DNA of 63,041 bases, filler included, from Polymyxa betae A26-41 (taxonomy: Eukaryota > Protista > Endomyxa: Phytomyxea): assembly GCA_003693705.1 (NCBI GenBank). It is 4 parts of 4 records of this genome, joined end to end, with 100 filler letters (N's around TTAATTAATTAA, not from the genome) between each part and the next. Parts side by side here need not be neighbours in the genome. Positions count along the whole stretch, not along the records: positions 1 to 24,608 come from RBZT01000671.1; 3 more parts are not named here. The stretch is one strand, 5' to 3'. The position numbers were made by a program, and so were the translations under genes. Of this stretch, positions 1 to 11,105 are shown piece by piece (position 1 is the stretch's first letter; each line of letters starts with the position of its first letter). The notes under the pieces are model-generated. The model made no database searches and was not told where the DNA came from. It saw only the letters and a program-made list of their open reading frames with translations.

Positions 1-287
1 CAATACTTTACGCAGTATATTGATGATTTGACCGTAAGTTTCTGGACCGATGAACATCAAAGATGTCCGATGAACTAGAATCCCTCCGACATCCTAGCTA
101 TCCTCCGACTTTGGCTCTATAAAAGGGCTTGTAATCTATCAAATACATTCATTTTATAATTCAGTTTGCAATCACTGCTACCTGTTCTAATCGGAAGACT
201 CCACACGCGGTCGCTTCGGGCGTGACATTATAGCTGAATAGAGGAAGATCAATTGTGTAGAAAAACGGGCGATTTGGACAGTGGCTG

Positions 288-880
288 TATGGATGTGTCA
301 AAAAAGACGTCACATGACGCGTCACAACCTCGCCTGATGTCATTCGCCGTCATAAGAAAAATCTGCGAGACTTGATTCGATGCTCTGACTGATTGCGCAT
401 TTTTTGGAAAGTGCTTCGTTACAATTAGCCGTGGTGGGAAGAATTCTTCCGAATCGGGACTTTGATATTTATTATGTTTATTATGTTTCAGTCTTTGATT
501 TGGTCCGATTCCTCGTTTAATGTTTCCGAAATGGCCCGTTATGAAGAGATTATGCAACAGCAATCCGTACCTTTCCATCAGAAGCAAGCTGCATCGTAAC
601 TGGCGACATCGATCTATTGCGGCGTTTCCCGAATAGTGTTAGCCAAAGCAAAGAAAATATCGACCTTGTTGGAAGTGACAGTGACAGTGAACAATTTCTA
701 CATCCTAACGTACCCTTTACCTACAGATATACAACAGGCAATTTTCATTAAAAAATGGTTTCCGTACTGCCAGTCTCAAAAAGCAGCCAGAATCTTGATA
801 TGACGCTTTATGACGGCATGACATGACGTCATGTCATATGAGGTCATAGAACATGCCGTCATATATATGGCACATCCATA
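288..880. mobile_element. MITE-like non-autonomous DNA transposon
   Basis: Terminal inverted repeats TATGGATGTGTCA (288-300) / TGGCACATCCATA (868-880); clustered ATGAC/GTCAT subterminal repeats at both ends; no convincing ORF. Confidence 0.55.
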
Positions 881-1480
881 AGTGGGTGTGACAGACGACT
901 GGACCCGCAACTAATTGAACAGCGCAAAAACTTACAGAGCTGCCCTGGGAGTGGAGCACAGTTTCGTGCTGGTAATGGGAGTTTTACGCAGTTTGTATTG
1001 GAAGGTGGAAATTTCGCGATTAATCGGGGGGATTGGGATTAGGTTTACGTATCAAAATTGAAATTGGAAAATGACGGGATGGGATTCTTGGGATGGGTGG
1101 GGATTAGGGTTTGTCATTTTTAAGTTTTTTGGGGGGAAATATCGACACGTCACCCTTTTTGTTGAGGTAGAAACCCATCGCTTGAAGCAACTCTCAGTTA
1201 AAGCACTGATTGTTAACCCAACCTGATCGGTTCCAATAGCAAGCTACTCAATGGTTTTTAACGAAGAGCAACGTGAAGCACTAACCCTGAACCGTCTTGC
1301 CCATATCCGGCTAACGTCTTAGAAAGTCAGACCAAGCCCATGGAAAATCCATGCCGGAACCTGATGCAAGAAGTCAACAGAATGGTCGATCGAATGAATC
1401 AATCTTCGGTCGATGGCAAGTTCCGGCCCAGCCGTCGCTTCAATCTCACCACAATCTTATTTCATATTCAAACTATCTCA

Positions 1481-1756
1481 ATGGGTGCCGCTGCTTCCAC
1501 CACTTCTAATTCCACCATGAACGACGTCCGTCTGAGCCCTGAGCTACAAGCTCGTATCGAACGAGCCAAGATCTGTCCCGAACTCGTGGATCGCGTCGAG
1601 CGAGTCCTTGTCACGCCTGACACCAAGGCTGAGAAGAAGCTCGAGAGGAAGCTTGAGACAGGCGAGGAGTGCCGACCTGAGGATCAAATCAAGATCAGCC
1701 CGAATATCAAGATCTGCCCTGAGCTGCTTGAGCGTATCCAATTAACACATGCCTAG
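1481..1756 (+). CDS. Small (91 aa) protein with N-myristoylation motif and three (L/I)(S/C)PEL..R(I/V) repeats
   Basis: Intronless ORF from ATG 1481: MGAAAS (G2, S6); repeats VRLSPELQARIE, AKICPELVDRVE, IKICPELLERIQ; strongly biased codons (AAG/GAG); AATAAA after the stop. Confidence 0.65.
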   Translation: MGAAASTTSNSTMNDVRLSPELQARIERAKICPELVDRVERVLVTPDTKAEKKLERKLETGEECRPEDQIKISPNIKICPELLERIQLTHA

Positions 1757-1951
1757 ATAAATAAAACGGCCATTACAACAATATAGACTTGACGTCGGTC
1801 GGGTCCATCGAATGAATCGTCAGACGTTAACGAGGCATCGCGGATGGTCAGGAATGGAACGCTACCAGCAAGATCATTGACCAATCCAATAAGCGAAACC
1901 ATTAAGCGAAACTTGAAGATTTAATGGATATACAATGCTTGAAGGTTAGAA

Positions 1952-4900
1952 TCATTCAGATGAGGTCTGAGCCGTTCGTTGAGTAAGCTGAGAATCCCCT
2001 TGCGATCTGGCATCTGCTGTAGCTGACGTTGCCGTCTCCGCTCCAGTATCAGGACCATCATCCTTCTTGGATGGAGCAATCGATTCGTTGCTCTCTTCTG
2101 GTTTCAAACCAAACTCATTCGTACGAGTGTAATCGACTCGGTAGATCCATCGCTGGTAGAGGTAGATAAAGAATATAATATCATCACTAATGGAATCTCA
2201 GTTGAGCCGATAGGAAAATATACTCTTAACAAAAAGACTGGACATCTCAAAAAATCATTAGCAGGACACAAGCCCGAACAGAAGCAATAGGCAATGGAGA
2301 CATCAAATCTTACCGGAAACACGCTAGACGATGCATCATGGGCATCGTAATCACGAATGCGAACAAGTCGTCAATGAACGTATTCAAAGCCTAAGCGACA
2401 AAATGGTCAGTATGGTTAGCTAATTACGCAGAAAAACAGGCAGAATCAAAATCCCAAAGAAAAGAAAATAAAAATGTGAAAAAGAATCACATTTTTAATC
2501 GAAAGAAAAGCGAAACTGGTAAGACCTTATAGGTGAGCATTCGCCAAGGTAGATGTGCGACCGATTTCAACTTGTAATTCAAGTATAGCTGGGGACACAT
2601 CAGGATAAACCCGAAAGTGTAAACGAAGCTTGTGGCAGCGCCGAGAATCCAAGAATAGACGCCCTTATGTTGGTGATAAACGAGAGAATAGATGGCATAA
2701 CCAACAGCCAAGGGATAACAGACATAGCCCAAGTACCGCATCGCCTAGAAAAAGCTGTTAGCAAATACAGAAAGCGCCGGACGAAGTCTCCAAAGAAAAT
2801 TGCAAAAATCATTATGAAAGCCCATCCATACTAAGCAAAGCAACTCTATAGGCATAATTTGGTGTTGAAAACCGATTCTGAAAATTGTTGTTTCCAAACA
2901 AGACGGTCCTCCAACCTCTTTCTCGTATTGAGCAGTTGCAGACTCGACGTATGACGCCTTATCTTTAAATGCAATCTTCGGCAACCGGCCTTCACGACGA
3001 GTGACTGTAATATCAAGAGTCTTCGTAACTTTCCAAAACTCGATTAAGACACCTAGAAGATGTTAGAAGAAAAGAAGAGAGCAACGACAGCGTACTACAA
3101 ACCAATTCCAGAGCTAAACAGGATCATCCAGCTGGTTTCATTGTCCAAAAGGTACAGGAAGATAATCAACTGACAAACTGAATTGATGAGGACAGACCGG
3201 ATACTCAATCCTTCCAGTGACTGCAAAAATGTCAATACTTAAAAAAAGGGAAACAAAAGAATATGACCTTATCATCTTGCTTCCAGAACTGAATGTCATT
3301 CTTGAAAGCAAGAAAGTCGAAGAGCATATGAAGAATAGAGACAAGGAAAGTGATGACCAGAAGAACAGGGTTCGCTTCTAAAAGCATCCTTCGTAGACTC
3401 TGAGCAGCAGATTTAGTGGCACAGAAACGAGAATTTGAAGCCAAGCGGCCAAAGCATCAAAATGCGAAGTCGTAGAACTCAAAGTGAAAAAACTACCTCT
3501 GTATCTTCCTCAGTAGACCCGAAGTCTTCTTGCTGCTGGAATGATGCTTCCATTTGTGACTGGAACTGCCATTTCAGAAGAGATATCGGCGAGAACGTCA
3601 ACTCCAAAGGGACTTCTTTGACGGTCTCATTCAAACGGACGAAGCGATCGCGTAACAACCAGAAGTAATCAAGGTAGACAGGCGGCGAATACTTGTTTGT
3701 AGCACTATGAAAATCAGTCATGGAAAGCGCATACATTTCCGTACAAATAAAAGGAAAGAACCTGATTTCTGTATATACTAAAAAAGTAGTTCAGCATAAC
3801 CCAACGAAACCGAAATACGTTAAAAAAAGCGAAGACAGAAAGCAGGAACGTTTCAGAAAAAGGGAACAATGCAAAGGTGAGCAAGCTTACGGATCTAGGC
3901 GGTAGGCATTGCGAAGCTGGGTCGGTATACCGCCAGCAGGATACGTGGTCTGATCAACGAGCAGGCGGGCGTGCAGCAACGGTCGCCAATAGGACTGCCA
4001 AGTGGAATCACGACCGATTTGTTCACGGACCGATTCGATGGATTCTCCAGATTGGGAAGCCGATTCCAGACGCTCGTCACCGAACTGACCTGAAACGTGC
4101 CTCAATGACAACGGCTTCCATGACAGAAGACACTTTCTTGAGACCAAGAAATCTGCCTTTGAAACATTCGGTAAAAAATATCGTATAAAGTTAATTGGCA
4201 AAAACCTCAATCTCAAAAGTGATAGCGATCACTTTTTAGAGAGAGAGGCAATTTTCGAACAAAAAATCAACGTTACCTGAGATCAGATTGATTTTTGTGT
4301 TCAGTTTCGGTCTGGGGCGAAACACATTCAGCCTCGCAACAGTCGTAATCTTGGGTAGATCCGATGATAATGGCTCGAATATAACGTGACCATAAACAGA
4401 ATGGTTTCGGGCTGTCACCGATTCGGGTAGAGAGATATTCAGGTGCTGTGTACGCGCTTCATTCTTCTCCCTGTGAATGGATTAAAACAACGTCGATAAA
4501 GCCAAAAAAAAATTGCAGATGCGGTAAAATGAAACAATTTCAGCCAAGAACAAAAATGAAGGAAAAGAGAACAAAACAAACTCCCAACCAGTCGTATGTG
4601 AATGTTTCTGGAATGCGCCAATTCGCCAGAATGCGTTCTGAAGGACCTCCAGACAGGTCGCGATCTTCAGATACGATGAAAGAAACGTGATAGGGAGTGG
4701 ATACAGGCCACATATTGTGATGGGCAAGACGAGGGCCACCGCCCTGTTCTGGAGCGGAAGCAGGTTTATTACCACCCATCAAGTGCCTAATAGCATTGCA
4801 TTCAGATCTACGATAAAGGAGCGGAGAGATAAAAGAGTAAATACAGTGGAACGAAATGATAAACGGCAAATATAAGAGAAAATCAAAAGACATGTGCAAA

Positions 4901-5055
4901 GAGTGATAGTTGGAAGACCTGATAGCGTATGAGACGAGCGAATACATGATCATCATACGAATGGCACTGCCGATCGTGGACATTATACCGCCACCGCCAC
5001 CACCTTCAGCATTCGCTGGGCCAGCGGCCGGCCCTGCTTGACCCTCGGCAGCCAT
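1952..5055 (-). CDS. CLPTM1: Cleft lip and palate transmembrane protein 1 family (multi-exon)
   Basis: Spliced exons give the family motifs LTFSPISLLKWQ, LLEANPVLLVIT..LHMLFDFLAFKNDIQFWK, FLYLLDNETSWMIL, FGFILMCPQLYLNYKLKSVAHLPWRMLTYKALNTFIDDLFAFVITMP, YLYQRWIYRVDYTRTNEFG; GT-AG introns; TGA at 1952-1954. Confidence 0.95.
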
Positions 5056-5908
5056 GACGACAACAGAAAGGACTGGTAGGAGAGCGACGCCGAAATACCA
5101 GACGCAGAGGATCCCGGTGATGAAGTAGGCCGCGCCGCCGCAACGAAAAATTGCGTAACAAAACCCGTTTGCTTTTTTTGGCTATTTTTTTTTGAGAAAA
5201 TCTGTCGACAGAGGCGATACCCATGCTGGCCATGCAAGTGTCGAATCGCTTTCGGTATCGTCGAAAATCTAATGCGGGTATATGTGATCAAATTATTCTC
5301 AAGCTGCAGCTTAATGGCTATTGGACAACAGGTGCTGTTTTTGGCACTGAGAACGACAATCATCTGGGCCATCACGAAACGTTGACGGAATCACAGTAAT
5401 TCCAACGCCGATCTGCTCTCGGGTCGTTGGCGTGGCTCATTCCGCCGCGGCCATTTCTGTACTCACTAGTTTGACTACGTGTGAAACGTCTTTTGTCATT
5501 TCAGTTTCCATACATTTAGACGAAAGCAGACGAAGGGATCGGAGCTGATCACAGCAGAAACTTCGATGACAATGGCGCCTTCACATTTTTACTGACGTAA
5601 CGTATTTTGGGGAATACACAGGGGATATCGTACCATGTCCGCCATTATCAGTCACGTCACAATTAACACAAACGGGTGCTTTGAACATGTCGATATTCGC
5701 AGCTGTTGCGTATAAATTTTGGTGATTCGTTGGCAGTTTGAGCGAAAAAAACAATGTTGCGGATCGTGGTTCGAACCCGTGATTTCGGGCGTCTTTTGGG
5801 CGAACGAGCACTTGCTGGGCATAGTTCTTAGGCCATGATTATGTAATATCGCCAGGACTTGCTGAATAGCCTCCAGGCGGTTTTTCTAGAACGAGCCTGT
5901 GGTGAAGA

Positions 5909-6060
5909 TCAGAATTTCGTCCAGGTACACGGACAAATTCGCCAAGTATGTCCAGACAGTACGATATCCATGAGTCGCTGGAATGCTGCAGGCGCGCACT
6001 TTAAACCGAATGGCATTCGTTTGAATTGAAAGAGCAGATCAGGCGTGAGAATGTCGTCTT
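5909..6060 (-). mobile_element. Gypsy/Ty3 reverse transcriptase fragment (degenerate)
   Basis: FQFKRMPFGLKCAPAAFQRLMDIVL is the RT 'MPFGL.NAP..FQR.M' motif. Confidence 0.8.
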
Positions 6061-6519
6061 GTCCCTCGAGCTGTCTGCAACGCGAACCTGGTGGAAACCG
6101 CTTGCCAAAAAACAGCAAAATTGCACATGTATTCGCCTATACTAAATTGAAATCCTCAAGTGAGTAAATGTCGAGCACCCTTGAAGAAGTACCAGTGAAA
6201 TAGAGCTGGTTGAATGACCGAAAGTTGTTGATGCGTGTTCGGACTACAAATATTTTGACCGTGTCCGGCTGAATGAGCCCTCGTACATGAATTATTGTGA
6301 TGCTCAGATTCATGACTTTGTCCAGACATGATAAGAAATCATCTGTTCGCATCTTGGTGTTTCTGCATCTATAGCATTTATAGAGCTGCCAGCATCACAA
6401 ATTTTGGATATGGTTTCTTGAGGTAAATAATCATCGAATTGGACAGGATCGAGATGCTCGTCTAGTGTTTGAGATAGGTTGATTACTGCATCTGACATTT
6501 CTTCTTCACACGTTGCGTC

Positions 6520-6950
6520 TCACACCGTCTCAAAAACCCTCTTTCCCATCACTCTAACCATCACCGAAACTCACTGTCAGAGACATGAACATTGGCGCAG
6601 CCTCGGCAGAAGGTCATGCCCCTGAATAAGTGCGTGAGTGCGTCATCCTTCTTGGCATTACCGGTTTGGTTGACTTCCGTGGCCTGGTTCTGATCTGAGT
6701 TTATACTTGTAATTGCCTTATAAACGTTGTTTCAACATCTTCCTCCTCCTACCTTCTAGTGTTTCCGTCCCGTCTCAGTCTAGCTTGTCTCTATTCCTTG
6801 TCCTAACGGCGCCGCCTTCCTCACTCACCTTTGTTCCTGATACTCACATCGTCTCAAAAACCGTCTTTCCCATCACCTCATCCATCATCGAAACTCACAC
6901 CGACTCAAAAACCCTCTTTCCCATCACCTCAACCATCACCGAAACTCACA
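6520..6950. repeat. ~51-bp tandem repeat (3 copies) split by a solo LTR
   Basis: CTCACA(C/T)CG(T/A)CTCAAAAACC(C/G)TCTTTCCCATCAC...CCATCA(C/T)CGAAA at ~6520, ~6843 and ~6894. Confidence 0.8.
6575..6842. mobile_element. Solo LTR
   Basis: Starts TGTCAG, ends CTGATA (one mismatch from CTGACA); perfect 5-bp TSD CTCAC at 6570-6574 and 6843-6847. Confidence 0.7.
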
Positions 6951-7628
6951 TCCAAACCCACACCCAAAAACACATAAAAAATCACACCCCAATTTTTTTT
7001 CTATTCTTTTTTCAACAACTTTCATTTTCTAGTTGATCTTTGATTTTATTTTTTTCATTGTTAAATGGTACTTGTTTTTCTATTAAATTATTATGGAAAT
7101 TAGTTTACTTTTTGTGTTTAAATTATTAGTTTTTACAATTTCAATTCCACTTTACATTAAATGTTGATAAATAATTTATTCTATTTTATCTCTTAATTAT
7201 AATAATTGTAGATGCATTATCTTTGGCGCGGGGCCAATACTATAACACTGAAATGACGGATTGAACTGTCTAGTAATTGCGCTATCATGGTCTGTTTCAT
7301 CTATTATAGTTATAAAGATTTCACATCATCTGTGAACATCGTGATAGATTGAGAGAGTCACCTGTGATAGTGCCTAAGTCCGCGGTTCAGATTGAGATTG
7401 TCCGCCGTTTTTACAATTTTCGACTTTCTATAATAATTCATGATGATATGTAAATCTGAGTCTAAGTAGATTAACTTTGATCAAATTTGTATGATTTTCA
7501 TAAGACGCTGTTTTATAACTCTGTCTCTATCTCACACAGAGATTGGGGAAGTTTGCAGATTCTCGCAGTTTGTAAACTAACAAAACAACCCTAACGAATT
7601 TTAATAACATAAAATTATAAAAACAACT

Positions 7629-9460
7629 TCAAACGCGCTGTTGGCGCTTGGCCTGTTCAGGTCGAATGATGGCCATGTCCAGCTGCGCTTGCAAGACAAC
7701 GGTCGGTTGATAGCGGGGGTGCTGTGTAGGGGGCAGCAGGCTTTGCAGCCGCAGTAATGTATAGTAGTACTTGCGAAACGCGCGAACGAACACATCACGC
7801 TGCTGTGTCATGCCCATTGAGCATGNNNNNNNNNNNNNNNNNNNNNNNNNNNNNNNNNNNNNNNNNNNNNNNNNNNNNNNNNNNNNNNNNNNNNNNNNNN
7901 NNNNNNNNNNNNNNNNNNNNNNNNNNNNNNNNNNNNNNNNNNNNNNNNNNNNNNNNNNNNNNNNNNNNNNNNNNNNNNNNNNNNNNNNNNNNNNNNNNNN
8001 NNNNNNNNCCTCACCTCCGACTCCCCTCCGACCTTCGTCTCCCCGGCACCGCTCCGTACGTCCTTCCTACGCTCCACTACGATCCCCTCATCGCTCCACT
8101 CAGACCCTCTCTCCGCTCCACTCCGTGCCCCGCCGCTCCACCTCCGAGGACTCCCTGACGTCGCTCCGTTGCAGGACACCGGTCCCCCGTGTCCTACCCT
8201 CTGCTCCCGAGTCATCGCACCGCTTATCTAACCAATAAAAGGGGACTTTTTACTCGATCCTAACATGCTGCAGTTCGTTGTCCGCGGCCGCGTTCAACAA
8301 TCCCCAATCACGTTCGAACTGGTCAGCCAGGCTGTTAGCCGATGTAAAGATGTCATTCGCAAGCCGTGCTGGTTCATTAGCAATCCGGGAGCAAACAGCC
8401 GGGATTCACCAACTGTGCTCTTTTGGAACTCTGTCAGGGATCCCGTGCTCCGGTGAAAAGGTCAAGGACGGATGCCGCGCGTAGTAGTCAGGATGAAATA
8501 GCCCGACGCTCGCCATAAACGTTGTTCGTATAAAGTTGAAGGGCTGTCGCTCCATCCTCACCGGCGTTTTCAGGAAGGTGATCGCCGGCTGTTCGGGGAT
8601 CTTCACGCGTAACGCAATCAGACCCCCGAACACGCATCTGACAATCAGTTCAGCGACGCTTTCCTCGCTGTAGGCGTGTTCTGGATTTTGCCCTGGCAGC
8701 ACTGCGAGAACGTCCTCCAATTTGATGATTGCTTCTTTTCCAGCTACTAAATATTCAGAGCACGGGTCGCTGTAATCCGAAGGCCACCATCCACCATCTC
8801 TAATGTGGGCATTGACCGCTCGCATTTGGTGGTGTATAGCAATGTCTCTATGTTCAGGTAATTGCTTTTCGATATATAATCACGATCTGTGACATGGGTC
8901 GATTCCAAAAATTCACTACATCAATCAATGTCACAATTCACAAGTACAGCGATGTTATGGTATTCTGACCTGCTCCAATGTGATGGACTTCCAAGCAATT
9001 TGCTTAGATCGCACAAATGCTCCAGAGCCGTATGGCCCTTGACATGACCCAAACAATCGAATCCCATTGCTCGACAATTGCTTTGTAATTTGTAAAATTT
9101 GCTCCAGCGCTTGGAACTGTTCTGGTTTGTAAAATGAGCGTTGATATGCGAGTCTCATCATCTGATTCAAGATTACAGGTATGAAACGTACATACGTATC
9201 ACCCAACCTCCGCAACCGTGTCACAAATAATCAGCACTTTGCCAGAGGAGCCATCGTTATATAATTGAACGACCGCAAAACCAAAGGCAGCGCCATTATT
9301 GTGGCTCTGAGCTCTTTGCCAACCATAGAGTTAATATGCTTCAGAATATACTGACCATTGTGCCTGGCTCGAAGATCAAGCCAGCAGGTCTCGTTCAGCG
9401 CTTCCTCCACAATATCGATACGACCCTGCTACCGTACGACAGGTCGCAGAAATAACTGCG
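7629..9460 (-). pseudogene. Unknown multi-exon gene interrupted by an LTR insertion
   Basis: Protein-like ORFs 8955-9224, 8406-8825 and 7629-7800; removing the LTR and one TSD restores the in-frame read ...DNELQQRDVFVRAFRKYYY; one internal stop near 8406; 5' boundary approximate. Confidence 0.55.
7806..8265 (+). mobile_element. LTR retrotransposon insertion (solo LTR or collapsed element spanning the assembly gap)
   Basis: TGTCATG...CCTAACA termini; 5-bp TSD TGCTG (7801-7805, 8266-8270); AATAAA near the 3' end; first 20 bp identical to the LTR at 51505. Confidence 0.85.
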
Positions 9461-9464
9461 CGTA

Positions 9465-10228
9465 CAGTGCGACTCATCTTAATTCTACACGGTTGATAGG
9501 CAGCCACAGAGATTGACATCTCCTGTTCCAAAAATTGTTCGACCTCACTAAACCCTCTGTAAATCAATAGATCTCAGCGTCCCCAATATCGAGACAGAAA
9601 GTTTTTTTGTAATCGAAATCCCTACTTCACAGTCCCTCTTTGAATTTGTATGAGACTGGCAGCATTTGAAATCTGTTTGGGAGGAAATGGAAGGTGCACA
9701 AAACTGTGCCACGCACTTTTACTTTTAAATAGCGCAAAAGTATTTTACAGTCGCGCAGTTTGTGAAACTCAATTGCCCGTAACGCAATTCTCTGGATCGC
9801 ATCGTTTCTTCGTGATCCAAATACAGAAGCTTGCAGGCTTTCACAAGAAAACACTGCACATACTCTTTTCAGGATCTGCAAAAGGTCGTTCCCGTGGCAT
9901 TGAAAAGTGTTCCTGTACAGCAAATCCAAAAATTTGCTCGGAAGTGTTATCGCTACATGGACGCATATCGCGTCTGCGATGCAGGAGGGAATAAGTTAAC
10001 TCCAGATCAAGTGGAGAAAGCCGTTAAGAAGTATCGGAGTCATCGCCGAATTCCAGTGCGAATTTTGAATGAGATCAAATCCTACACAAATTTAATAATT
10101 GTAATAAAAAAGTACTTCTGTGAAATCAAAGTATATTGTCCGGTAAAAATGCCAAATTTCTAAAAGTGCGTACGCACTTTATTTTGAAATCGTATTGAAA
10201 CAATGTAGAATTAAGATGAGTCGCACTG
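9465..10228 (+). mobile_element. Tc1/mariner-like deletion derivative carrying the transposase C-terminus
   Basis: 25-bp perfect TIR CAGTGCGACTCATCTTAATTCTACA with TA on both sides; ORF 9831-10163 (..KFARKCYRYMDAYR..AVKKYRSHRRIP) resembles the C-terminus of fungal/oomycete Tc1-like transposases. Confidence 0.85.
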
Positions 10229-11105
10229 TACTCTCTCCTCCCCCTCACTCTGTTTCTACTATCCTCCTCTTCTCTCTCTCGCTCCTGTCTTTTAATTGAT
10301 TAACATTTCTTCGGTTTTTTTGGCTCACTTCATTTGATTTTCGATCGTGCTCTTATAACGCAGATTTCCGCTTTTCGGTCGTCCTAGTTTTTGTTATCCA
10401 ATGATTTCCGAACGACATCTGAAATGTTGATAATGCTAGCCATGACCAATTTAAATGCTAATCGCATTGCGAGATCTTTAGCAGTGGCCGAGAAGTGGTC
10501 CTTATTGAGGGTATTGTGAGTAGAATAATGTTGCGTTTGAAAAGGCGTCGCACCTTCCCTTCCGAAAAAACCCCATCATTGTGTAGTAGAAAATCGAATT
10601 TTCATAAATTCTCTAATAATGAAATCAGCGTCGTTATATTCTGTATCAAACAGTGATTATCCCTGCATAACTACATCTAATAATATTGTCTTTATCTCTA
10701 ATGGTTTCAGAATTTCGTTCAAGCAGTATCAGGAAAGCTGCCGATCATGGAAGAGCGGGGTGTTACTACGTCGCAGGAAGTCCTCTGAGAGGGATCGGCT
10801 TAACAAAAGAATTCGATTTTCTGATATCGTCTGGAACAGCCTTGTGATCGAGGCAAACATGGTGAAGACGGAATCAGGGAACGAGATGAGTGCGCGCACA
10901 TCTTTAAAACATTTTTGAAGCTCCATGTGTGCAAGAGTTTCGGACCGAACCAACAGAAATGGATCGACTTCGATTCTCGCGAATCTTCTTCTCAGTCATG
11001 TTGATTGATGCGATGGACTAATGCTAACGCCGTGGCGGCGCCCCGTCGTCGTGAAACGAATTGCCCGCAGTCCCGCCTCGAATCTCGACGTCACATCATC
11101 ACCTC

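Noticed and set aside
6520-6950. Repeat-spacer-repeat pattern resembling CRISPR
   Set aside because: Eukaryotic context; the 'spacer' is a solo LTR with a TSD; no regular spacers or cas genes
7757-8238. ORFs spanning the N gap
   Set aside because: Open only because of the Ns; they lie in an LTR
10430-10990. Possible extra 5' exons of the 11106 gene
   Set aside because: No frame joins without stops; the minus strand reads better as a separate decayed ORF
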